A DNA stretch of 63,825 bases, filler included, from Aduncisulcus paluster (taxonomy: Eukaryota): the NCBI GenBank assembly GCA_024181965.1. It is 5 parts of 5 records of this genome, joined end to end, with 100 filler letters (N's around TTAATTAATTAA, not from the genome) between each part and the next. Parts side by side here need not be neighbours in the genome. Positions count along the whole stretch, not along the records: positions 1 to 19,318 come from BQXS01010979.1; positions 19,419 to 27,079 come from BQXS01010982.1; 3 more parts are not named here. The stretch is one strand, 5' to 3'. Position numbers and translations under genes: made by a program. The notes beneath the pieces were generated by a model. It was not told where the DNA came from, searched no databases, and worked only from the letters and a program-made list of their open reading frames with translations. Shown here one piece after another: positions 12,057 to 22,731 of this stretch; the stretch's first letter is position 1, and each line of letters opens with the position of its first letter.

Positions 12057-12253
12057 TTTGAATTTGCAGTTGGAATGGGTATGGTTATCAGTGTTTGGGA
12101 TGAAGCCTTTCTTACATTAAGTGTTGGTGAAAGAGCCACGATTGTAATCAAATCGATCCTGATTATGTTTATGGTGCCCGTGGAGCTGGCGATTCTATTC
12201 CACTTGATTCCACTCTCATATTTGATGTTGAATTATTAGGAATCAAGAAATAA
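12057..12253 (+). pseudogene. FKBP-type peptidyl-prolyl isomerase, frameshifted 3' fragment
   Basis: Reads FEFAVGMGMVISVWDEAFLTLSVGERATIV, then a 5-nt duplication (gtaatcaaatcgat), then IDPDYVYGARGAGDSIPLDSTLIFDVELLGIKK*. No recognisable 5' half upstream. Confidence 0.8.
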
Positions 12254-12564
12254 CGCCTGAAAAGAACAAACGAATTGATTTTATTGGTTTTTATATATAT
12301 ATTCTCTTGCTCAGAAATCAAAGTTCTCAAAACCCGTTTGTGAATCTCTTTCTGGGACAATACATTGAATGCATCGCATTCGACTTCCATTTCCAACTCA
12401 TATGCCCTATGACTTATGGATTTTGTCCAACAATCTAGAATAAAGACCCCGGAAATAAAAACAGGTACTTATTTTTCATATATTCTTCACAATATTAGCA
12501 TTTCATACCATTTCTTGAATTATTTCCATGGAAGTAGAGATACTCATTCAGCTGCAATGGTTTC

Positions 12565-13626
12565 CTATGGCATAGTAAATACAAGGGAGTGTATCCAGAA
12601 ATATAGACTGTTCTTACTCCTCCACCTTCCTTTCCCTTCAATCTCACACAATACAACATTATCCAAATCAATAGGAAGGAAATGCCATTCATATTCATGT
12701 TCAGGTTCTGCGAATTCATACTTTTTGAATATCTTCTTACCATCACAATCAGTGAAAGTGAAGAGAAGAGAGGGGGAACAGCCATAGTCACTCACACAGA
12801 TATAAGCACCTTTCATTGGACTAGGTGATGGGAAAGGAATGGAAAGATGGGATAAGGATACTCTATCTTCCCCTTTTAACATTTTTTGTGCATTTGAACT
12901 CTGATCATAATACTCAGATTCCATACTAAACGCATCATTCTTGCACTTAACCATTGAGAATGAGGGATCTACTAGCTTTGGATTATCTCGTGGAATGGGA
13001 ATAGAATCTCTACCTTTAGATTTTCTATCTCCTTTCCTAACAAACTCTGGTTTCATAACTGGAGCTTCAAACCATAGTTTCTCTCTGGCTTCACGAAATG
13101 AGATTTCTTCATGGGTTTCTTCTCTACTAATGAAAACAAGGGTTTTGATTCCAAAATACTCTTCCTCTCTTCCTTTCCCTGTAATCTCACACAGAACAAC
13201 ATCAGGGAGATCAACAGGAAGGAAATACCAATGATAGCCTATAAATTCAGGAAACTCGTATTTCTTGGATGTTTTATCACCCCTTGAAGATGTGAGAGTG
13301 AAGATAAGGTGTGATGGCGGTGAATCCCAAGAATTACCACATAGACAGATATAAGCACCTTTCATTGGGGAAGATGAAGAGAAAGGAATGGAGATATTGG
13401 TAAAATGTCCACTATTACCCTCTCCTTTCATCATCTGCTGTGCTTCAAAACTCTGATCGTACTTTTCATCACCTTCTTCCTTGGTTCCATCTATTGCTTC
13501 GATAGTTGGAAACTCTGCACTCTTAATATTGGGAGCATCTCTAGGAATTGGACAGCATCTCTCATCTCTTCCATGAACAAACTCAGGTTCTACAGTTTGA
13601 ATAACAGCATCTGTGGATGAACTCAT
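12565..13626 (-). CDS. Multicopy lineage-specific protein, one unit of two homologous ~175-aa beta-rich domains
   Basis: 353-aa ORF with an internal repeat (PEFV..GD...PIPRD...SIPF.S.SPMKGAYIC...KKYEF...W.FLP.DL..VVLCEI.GKG...I.SLVF); paralogous to each unit of 22732-26349. Confidence 0.85.
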   Translation of the reverse strand: MSSSTDAVIQTVEPEFVHGRDERCCPIPRDAPNIKSAEFPTIEAIDGTKEEGDEKYDQSFEAQQMMKGEGNSGHFTNISIPFSSSSPMKGAYICLCGNSWDSPPSHLIFTLTSSRGDKTSKKYEFPEFIGYHWYFLPVDLPDVVLCEITGKGREEEYFGIKTLVFISREETHEEISFREAREKLWFEAPVMKPEFVRKGDRKSKGRDSIPIPRDNPKLVDPSFSMVKCKNDAFSMESEYYDQSSNAQKMLKGEDRVSLSHLSIPFPSPSPMKGAYICVSDYGCSPSLLFTFTDCDGKKIFKKYEFAEPEHEYEWHFLPIDLDNVVLCEIEGKGRWRSKNSLYFWIHSLVFTMP

Positions 13627-13650
13627 TTGAATAGAGATAGAATTTCTTAT

Positions 13651-13744
13651 CTAAAAAATAAAAACAAGCAGAATAATGAATGAATTCGGTTAAAATATTT
13701 CTTAATATACATTTAATAAAAGATATGACATATAGTAAACATAC
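13651..13744 (-). other. Probable 5'-UTR intron of the repeat-family gene
   Basis: GTATGT donor at 13744 and TTTTTAG acceptor at 13651; the same sites occur upstream of the paralogue (26597 to 26374). Confidence 0.55.
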
Positions 13745-13999
13745 GATTTGCTTGTTTGTCAAGAAATCGAAAAAATGGAGGACTGAACTTGCAACCCTTC
13801 AATAGATAAGATTGGAAATTTAAAAAAACACATATAAACGAATACAAGCCGATAAATGATAAAAACATGTTTTATTTTCATTTCCATGTTTATTCTCGAT
13901 AATATCGACGAAATTATCAAGTCGATATAAAAAAAATAATGCTGTGACATCACCAAGCTCCTCGTGACCACAAATCAAACATTTTCATTTTTATTACAT

Positions 14000-15600
14000 C
14001 TAGACAATGGGAACTTTGTATGCTTCAACAGCTCTTAATAGATCCTCCCCCCGAGTGGGAGCGTAATGTCTGACAACCTCATCAGGGTAACAAGCGTTAA
14101 TCCGTTGAACATGTTCAGCGAGTTCAGTTCCATGTTCAGGCTCCAATTCTTGGACTCTTTTTAAGCCACCACTCACGACAAATTGTTTTCTTGCCTCTGC
14201 GTTAGTTGGGAGAACTTTAGCATATTGAGCAATGACAAATTTAAGAATCTCAGCTGGAGCGGATTGGAGAAGAGGATCGAGAGCTGGGAGAAGGGTACAT
14301 TGTTGAACAATACTTTTACAGGCACGTTTGCACTTACTTTTAAGATCTGGAGATGATGTTGAGGAGGAAAAAGCAGCCACAAGCTTGGGGAGAACATTGG
14401 CTTCAACCACGGCTTTGGCATGATCAGACGAGTGACGGCCAAGTTGCCCTAAAGTCCAGGCAGAGGCAGCTTTGACATGATCCTCAGGTTCAACTGTAAG
14501 AGCATTCACAATGGGTTTGACACCATGAGCAACAATAACGGCACTGGCGAGTGTTTCAGAGAAGGCTCCAATAAATCCGAGAGCCATGATAGCCGGAAGA
14601 CGAGCGTTGCCAGTTGTACTGGATGAATATTCAACCAAGGCTCCAACACCACCGGCATTTGTAACGAGTTGAGCAAGCTCGGGAGTGTGTTTCACAACCT
14701 CACGAACAAGAACGGCAGCATTACGTTGGACCATAGGATCAGTATCTTTTAAACATATCAAGGCTCTTGGGAATACTTCGGCTTCAACGACCAGTTCGGC
14801 CAAATCAACAGAATGCTTCGAGATATGACCCAAACAAGCACATACTTGCCTCCTTAATTTGGCATCACGGCTTTCCAATAAAGGGGCAACAAACGCAACT
14901 CCACCAGCATCCACAACAGCTTGGGCAAGTTCAGGAGTATGTTTAGCGACATCAGCCAGGGAACTGACAGAAATACGTTTCAGAGGGAGTTCAGGTTCTT
15001 GAACAGCTAAGACAAGCAAAGAAACAGCTCCAGCATCAACAACATATTGAGCAAGATCAGGGGTATGTCTGGCAATGTATCCAACAGCCCAGGCAGCAGC
15101 TTCCTTAACCCCGGGATCAAATTCTTCAAGGCAGGTAACTAAAGCTTCAAGGGCACCAGCATCAACAACGGCTTGAGCAAGAGGGGCAGAATGCTTGGCA
15201 ACGGCTCTCAAAACGAAAGCAGCGGCTTTTTTATAAAAGCGCTAACAAAACACAACAGAAAATGTAAATAGCAATAAATAATTAACAAATAATAAAATAA
15301 TACATTGATACATACATTTTGATCACCAAGGGAAAAGACAAGCTGGGGAATAACATCATTAGCAACGACAAGTTCAGCCATGCCTTCACTATAAGAAGCA
15401 ATACGTCCTAAAGCAAGAGCAGCTGATTGTTGAATAGAGGGTACAGAATCAAGGAGTAGTGATCTACACAAAGGCACACCTCCCAGACTTTTAATGGCAC
15501 CAACATTTTGTGGGTGCTGAGACATTTCAGCAAGACCCTGAACAAATTCAACTCGGGCACGCTGAAACGCTTCAAAATGTGCGGTAACAAATTTCGACAT
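14000..15600 (-). CDS. SPAG6: Axonemal central-apparatus armadillo protein PF16/SPAG6; exons 15600-15316 and 15241-14000 (508 aa)
   Basis: Removing the GTATGT...TTAG intron 15315-15242 gives QN/RFYKKAAAFVLRAVAKHS; ARM repeats and CLEEFDPGVKEAAAWAVGYIARH are typical of PF16. Confidence 0.95.
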
Positions 15601-16201
15601 GATATATCAAAGAAAACAGCTATGGATTAATAAATTTTTGGAAGTTTCTTTATTAATAGAATTATTGCAATATTTTTCGACTAATTTTGATAGTTGAAGT
15701 ATATTATCCTTTTTTTGTGGTCATATTTTCATTTTACAAACTAAACTGCCGATTAAAGTGAAAGAACAGCGTTTCTACTATTTACAGAATTTCACAGGAT
15801 TTTTAAAAGAAAGGATCAGCATTACATATATGTAATAACAAGAATTTCTCACTAAACTTTCTGTACCCTATTTAGGTAAAGAGAAAAAAATACCTTTGTG
15901 TTTCCAGGGAAATTGGAGCTTTTTGGAACAAATAGTCAATTAATATTGTTTTATGATAATATTCCAACATATGTCTGTGAATTTATTTGCATTTATTCTT
16001 GAACTGCCTTGTTGAAAATGCATTTTTTTTATTCGAGATTGCAATAAAATAATTTATATTAAATGTGTAAAAGAAATAGAAAAGAGTATTATAAGCAATA
16101 TTTACTCTATGCACATCGTTTTAAGGGGATTTTTATACCCTGAGCCATTTGCCGGTTTTTTTAATTTTGGAACCCAATCCACTTTCCATAACAGGTTATT
16201 G

Positions 16202-18176
16202 ATGAAAAGAAGTGCAGATAGGAATAAGGGTGATGTTCCTGATGTGATATTTGACACCAATTCAGGTGTATCTTATAAGAAAGGAAAGCTTCTTGGGAAG
16301 GTATGTTCTACCCCTAGCATTATGTATAAAATTTAAACATAAATCATCATTTTATCTTATTCTTTGTATTTTATTTTAATTGCAAATATGCAATATCTAT
16401 TATATTAATTTTTTAATGGTTTAGGGAGGATTTGCCCGTTGCTATGAATTCAAAGATCAAAGAACCCAAATTACATTTGCAGGAAAAGTTGTTATGCGTG
16501 CAAGTTTAAAACCAAAATATGAAGACAAATTAAGAACAGAAATCAAAATCCATAAATCACTATCTCATCCCAACGTTGTTCGGGTTTACAACGTATTCCA
16601 TGATAGTGACGCTTATTATATTCTTATGGAAAAATGTTCTTGTCTAACTCTCTCAGAATGGAATCGTAATCGGCGTGGATTGACTGAACCTGAAGTTCGT
16701 TTTATCATGCGTCAATTAATTGCATCCGTACAATATATTCACAGCAAAGGGATTATTCACCGTGATTTAAAAACAGGAAATGTCATGCTTGATAGTGAAA
16801 TGACTGTGAAAGTTGGAGATTTTGGTCTGGCTGCCCAATTGCATTCTGATGACGAAAGACGGTTCACCATGTGTGGAACTCCTAATTATATTGCTCCAGA
16901 GATTATTGCAACACGTATGTCACAATATAAAGGGTCTCAAAAGAAAGTACCTCTGGTTGGTGCTGAAATGACACCCAAAACATTCTTCCACGGCGTCGGT
17001 GCATCTTTGCCACAAGGAGTAACCATGGAAACTCTTATCCGCGGCCATGGATATGCTGCTGATGTGTGGTGCATCGGAGTTATCATGTTTGTGATGCTTT
17101 ATGGCCGTGTACCCTTCGAGAGTACAAATATCAAAGAGATTTACAAGCGTATCATGCGTCTTGATTTCATGTTTCCATCATCTACCGAGGCTCCTGTTGG
17201 GGATGAAGCCAAGGACCTTATTCGGTGTCTATTAAAGATTAATCCTGCCGACAGACCCTCCCTCAAGGCTGTTCTTGCTCACCCTTGGTTCAAACAATGG
17301 ACCCCTGACCGTCTCCACCGTCGTTACTTGAAGGAACCTCCTGAATGGGCATCTGAGGAATATATCACTGCAGCTAACAGGCGTATCGAACAGGCAGCTG
17401 CCAAGAGACATGCCAGAATGAAACGGATTGAGCATGAGAAACAAGATATTCCCATTGAAGGCAGACGGAGCATTGATGATCGTCAAATCGATGATAGAAA
17501 GACCATTTCTAGACCTATCGTGAGTCGAGGCACTCGCAGACCTGGTGACGACTTCATTCCTATTCCATCCCCCACCAATGTTGCTCTTTGGATTGTGTCA
17601 TGGATTGATCAAACCACACGATATGGTCTCGCATACCAATTAAGCAATGGGAGTGTCGGAGTTCACTTCAACGATCATTCTTATGGTGTAGTGTCCCCCT
17701 TGGGATTGTATTTCCAGTATCATAGGCCGTCACATTTGCTAAATCCTGGTGATAACGCCGTTCTCACTGGAAAAATGAGTGACACTCACTACGTTGGGGA
17801 TGAGAGAAAGAAAGTGAAGCTTCTGAAGTATTTCTATGATCACATTGAAAGCCATTCTTTGTACCCCATTCCAAAGGAGAAGAGGGACAGGTGGAATCCC
17901 ACGACATCTACAAAAGCTTTGCCTCATGTGTGTAATTTAAAGCGTACAAGTGGATATCTTGCTTTCAGATTTTCGGATGCCACCACTCAAATCAATTTCT
18001 CCGATCATACCAAGATTATTCTTGGATATGATCGAGTTGGATATATCGATTCAAGAAGGAAACTGAGAAGTTATACACCAGATATGTATACAAAACCTTC
18101 CTTCTCATATCCTGAATTCGTAGAAAAGATGGAAATGGCAAGAGAAATCGCGCATCGTGCTTTCCATCTCGAATAA
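16202..18176 (+). CDS. PLK1: Polo-like kinase; exons 16202-16300 and 16425-18176
   Basis: Removing intron 16301-16424 restores LLGK/GGFARCYE. HRDLK, DFG and TMCGTPNYIAPE are present, plus polo boxes (WIDQTTRYGLAYQLSNGSVGVHFND; QINFSDHTKIIL). Confidence 0.93.
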
Positions 18177-18320
18177 CAGAAAAATATGATCTTAAAGAAA
18201 AACAATTTTTTTTCTGTATTCTGAGTTCCGAGTCAATTTTTAAAATAAAGTATTATAAATGTATTTCCTGCAAAATATCTGTGAAATTTTTACAGAATTC
18301 CGTGAGAAATAAAGGTTGGG

Positions 18321-19318
18321 TTGAACTCAGGAGCTCAATTCCTTCAGGAAAGGCTTCCCGAAGAAATCTTTGACACGTTCCCTTTTTTGATAGAGTTTGG
18401 CCGAGCTGCAATGAATCATCGGCGTTTAATTAAAACGTTATGCTTTGAATTAATAATATATAATAATTTACCCCTATATCAAAAAGCTATTTCAAAAATA
18501 TTACACATTTTACGAGAGAGAGCCAAAGATGAGATAAATAAGGAGGAACTTATCATAAAATATTCCCAATGGATAGCTTCCTGTCATAAAATAGAGTCAC
18601 CAGTCGAAGATATCACAGGTTTAATGCATTATTTAAAAAACGAATTACTTTCTTACCCAAAAGATCTTCTTTTTACAATGATGGAAGTACTTTCAGGTAT
18701 TAGAAATGGAGAATTGGTTCAATTATTTAAAACTTCTAGATATCCCCTTTCAATTGAGTGGATAGCCGAATGTGATAAGTTATTTCATACTCTTGATACG
18801 CATGGGTGTTATTCTCTCACAGAAGATCAATTAATTTTTTTATTCATGTCGATAGCATCTAAAGAATATAGTACTTGTTCTCCCCACGAGGCCCTAAATG
18901 AATTACGAGAATCTTTCGATCTTTTAGCTCCTTTTGAAGGCTATGTGCCGATATCACTTATTAAAAAGATGGTAGCTCGAACTGTTCCGTCCTTAGTTAC
19001 CCTTAAACATATTCATAACATGCTGGATTACTTGGTTCAATGTTCTGTTGATATAGTTCGAGATGAAATCACTTTGTCGATATCCTCTCCATCTTCCTCC
19101 TCCTCCTCTTCTTCTTCCTCTTTTTCCTCTTCTTCTTCCTCCTCGATCTCATCTTCCTCCTTGAACTCCGAGATTTTTGTGCCAGACATGTGGGTTGAGG
19201 CTGTAAAATCTATTCCCAGGGTTCCAATCCACGATCCGTTGTATGAATTCCTGTTGCAATACACCTTTGAGACACCTCTTGCCGGGGGAAGCGTCGTTCC
19301 ATCGCTGACTTTGTTGTC
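18321..19318 (+). CDS. Hypothetical protein with possible degenerate EF-hand pairs; start uncertain, 3' end cut by linker
   Basis: Open frame from ~18306 to the linker; LFHTLDTHGCYSLTEDQL is EF-hand-like; contains a poly-Ser tract; first in-frame ATG at 18411. Confidence 0.55.
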
Positions 19319-19418
19319 NNNNNNNNNNNNNNNNNNNNNNNNNNNNNNNNNNNNNNNNNNNNTTAATTAATTAANNNNNNNNNNNNNNNNNNNNNNNNNN
19401 NNNNNNNNNNNNNNNNNN
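19319..19418. other. Artificial contig linker (44 N, TTAATTAATTAA, 44 N)
   Basis: The same 100-nt spacer occurs four times and truncates genes on its flanks. Confidence 0.95.
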
Positions 19419-22177
19419 AAGAAGAGGAAAAAGAACAAAGAGTTCCAGACTATCATCACCCTCATGGTCATCATGGTCATCGTGACATTGACATTGATGT
19501 GGATGTTGTGAGTGCCAGTGCCATTGCCAAAGATATTTCATCCGATTGTAAAGTCAGTGTTGTCTCCGATTTGACCCATGATCTGGAAGAGGAAGACGAG
19601 GAAGAGGAAGAGGAAGAGAAAGAGGAAGAGGAAGAGGAAGAGAAAGAGGGGGATAGAAAAGATGTTACAGCAGACAACAACAAGCACGAGCACGAACATG
19701 ATGGACATGATGGACATGCTGGACATTCAAGAAGTGGGAGTGAATCATCGTACAGTGCAGTAGGATGTAGTGCTGTTGGTGAGAATGGAGGTGAAGAGGA
19801 AGAAGAGGAAAGGGAAGAGGATGAAGAAGAAGATGATGAAGAGGAAGAAGATGATGAAGAGGAAGAAGAACTGCCATCATCTTTCCATCTCAATGCAGAA
19901 GACGAAGGTCCTGTCGAACAAGAGTTACTCAGACAACAACAATCTGCATTACATTCACAAGGCTTTGAAGATGACACTATTGATGATATTGAAAATGATG
20001 TTGCGGATGTCTTAATGCACCGGTATACTAACGTTTCAAAGATAATCGCTGATACTTTCATTGATGACCATCCCGCGGTCACAGACGATCGTTTACAGCC
20101 ACAAATGGGGACTAGAATGCCTCATGCATCAACTACTTCAGCAGCAAGATCCACAGCTATCTCAGCCACAGCTATCTCATCCATATCTGCCTCAGGCTCT
20201 ACCTCTACCTCTGTGTCTGCCTCAGGCTCTGTGTCTGGTAATGCTACTGGTATCGGTGCTACTGGTAATGCTACTGGTAATGCAACCGGTAATGCAACTG
20301 GTATCGGTGCTTCTTCTTCAAGTTCTGGTGTTCCACCCATGACCTCTATGAGTTCATGCACAACCACTGGTCCAGCAGGTTCAAGTAGTGGTAATGATGC
20401 ACAAACCACACTTCCATCCACCCATACTGCATCATCATCTACTTCAACTTCTACTGCTCCAACATTCACTTCTCATCCTGCCAGTATCATTCATGGTATT
20501 AGTAGTACTACTCCAGGACAGTATGGAACAAATATGAGAGTTAAATCAACGGCATCTGCTGAAAGTCTTTTACCTGAGTCCTTAAGCTACGACCATGAGC
20601 TGCAGATCCATGATGAACTCTCGTCTAGTGCTATTATCAATGATAGTAGTCATGGTTTTGAAGAGGAACATATACATGGAGATATACATAGGGAGCATAT
20701 TATTCCGTCAGATGATCTATCTGTGTCCCCATTTGATGATAATGTTGATGATAGAAGAATGAGAGAAGAAAAGAAGGGTGATTTGAACAGCATGCAATAT
20801 AAACACAAAGAACAGCATCGCAAGGAAGAGACTGAAGAAGAAGAGGAAGGAGAAGAGGCTGAAGAAGAGGAAGGAGAGGAATTGGACACAAGAGAAGATG
20901 ATGAATACGATGATATATTACTTCCCACTGTACACAGCACCAGTGCTATTGATTACCCAGATTCTATTATCCATCGGAGTAGGTCAGAAACACCCAGTAT
21001 GTTTATGGAGGAAGATGATGTTCCCTATGAATCTCTTCACGATATGAGTGAACATCCAAGATATATGGCTCCCGGATATGATGGAGCACCAAAACAGAGT
21101 TATTTCAATCTTAAAGTTGTTTTTGATCCAACAAAGACTGGTTTTGAGGAGAAACCTGAGTTTTCTCCTATTATTGGAAGGACAGTCTTGTGTGGGAGGT
21201 ATCTTGTGGGCAAGAAATTGGGAGACGCTGCTTTCTCAACCACTTATTGTTGCGATGACTTGAAACGCCACAATCTAAAAGTATGTTTGAAAGTTATTAA
21301 GAATGATAAGGATTATTTGGATCAGAGTTTGGATGAAATACGAATGTTATCTTTTGTAAATAGAATGGATAAGGATGATACTCATAATTTAATCCGAATG
21401 CTTGATTTCTTTTACTGTAAAGAGCATTTATGTATTGTGTTTGAGCTTTTACATGAAAATTTGTTTGAATATTCATGTTTAACTAAAGATAATGGCATGA
21501 TTGGTACCTTTTTCTCTCTTGGTAGAATCAAAATAATCACAAAACAAGTGTTAAAGGCTGTTTCATACCTCCATAAGTTGAATATCATCCACTCTGATCT
21601 TAAACCTGAAAATATATTGATTAAAAACTTACATGAACCTCGTGTCAAAGTGATTGACCTGGGTTCGAGTTGTTTTGTAACTGATTCTCTCCATCCTTAT
21701 GTTCAATCAAGATCATACCGAGCCCCTGAAGTTCTTTTGGGGTGCAAATACGATGAGAAAATTGATATTTGGAGCATTGGTTGTATACTCTATGAATTGT
21801 TTTGTGATCAAGTTTTGTTTCCCAATGATACCGTGCAAACTATTCTTGCTCGAATCGTAGCCGTTTGTGGTCCTATTCCAACATTTATGATTGTTTCTGG
21901 GTCAGCTTCACACACGTTCTTCACAACAGATCTAAGAATATTCCAATGTTCAAAAGATCAGATTAGAGGAAATGTATGTCACTTGCTATTACCTAAAAGA
22001 ACGATAATGAAACGCAGAATTTATGAAAGAGCTCGTGAAATTGGTACTTTCTCAAAAGATATTATGCATGAACTTTCTCAATTTTCTGATTTTATATTAA
22101 GTTTGCTGACAATTTCCCCCATTGATCGGCCCAGTGCAGATGAAGCTCTTCAACATCCTTGGTTATCTGGGTTATGA
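19419..22177 (+). CDS. DYRK-family kinase (DYRKP-type) with low-complexity N-terminal region; 5' end cut by linker
   Basis: KTGFEE, LGDAAFS, CLKVIKNDKDYLDQSLDEI, HSDLKPEN and YVQSRSYRAPEV motifs; frame is open back to the linker; poly-Glu and GNAT repeats. Confidence 0.88.
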
Positions 22178-22254
22178 TAGAATAATAGTAAGTAAGTGTA
22201 CAAAAACGGTTGGGATAAGAAAGATCTTTTGATGCTGTGATTAGTATCAGTATT

Positions 22255-22296
22255 ATCTCATATCTTATCTCATATCTTATCTCATGAGCTCATGAC
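22255..22296. repeat. Short tandem repeat, unit about TATCTTATCTCA
   Basis: tatctcatatcttatctcatatcttatctcatgagctcatga read directly. Confidence 0.6.
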
Positions 22297-22731
22297 ATTT
22301 CTAAATCAAACACTTTCTCAATATCTAATTATAGAATGGGCAAACAAACAATCAGACTCAAACGAAAGAAAAAGGAACAAACTTAATGAACACGGACATA
22401 CCAAAAAAAGAAAAGTTTTTTGAAAAATGATTTTTGAAAATCAAACGGGAGAAAATTGTGATACTATTAAGCTGTCAATTTGAAGTAAATTTTAATACTG
22501 ATGGATAACATCATGCCACCGGCGATATGGCCGTCTCCTACCGATAACTTTTATTCATGATAAATTTGCTAGCCACTCCTCTCGGAGTCAATAATAATAC
22601 AAATCAATTACTAATTTGAACGTCTCCATCAGAAATCTGGTTCAGATTGTATTCATTCTGAACTTTCAGAGTTTGAAACTATCTTTCTTTTTCCAATCTC
22701 ACGCTCTTTGGAATGTATTTGGTAATTAATG

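Noticed and set aside
19319-19418. TTAATTAATTAA palindromes inside N runs as a biological repeat
   Set aside because: The same 100-nt construct occurs four times, puts stops in all frames and truncates genes, so it is a concatenation linker.
18321-22177. One gene spanning the linker (EF-hand-like part plus DYRK kinase)
   Set aside because: Same strand, but adjacency across an artificial linker is not evidence of contiguity.
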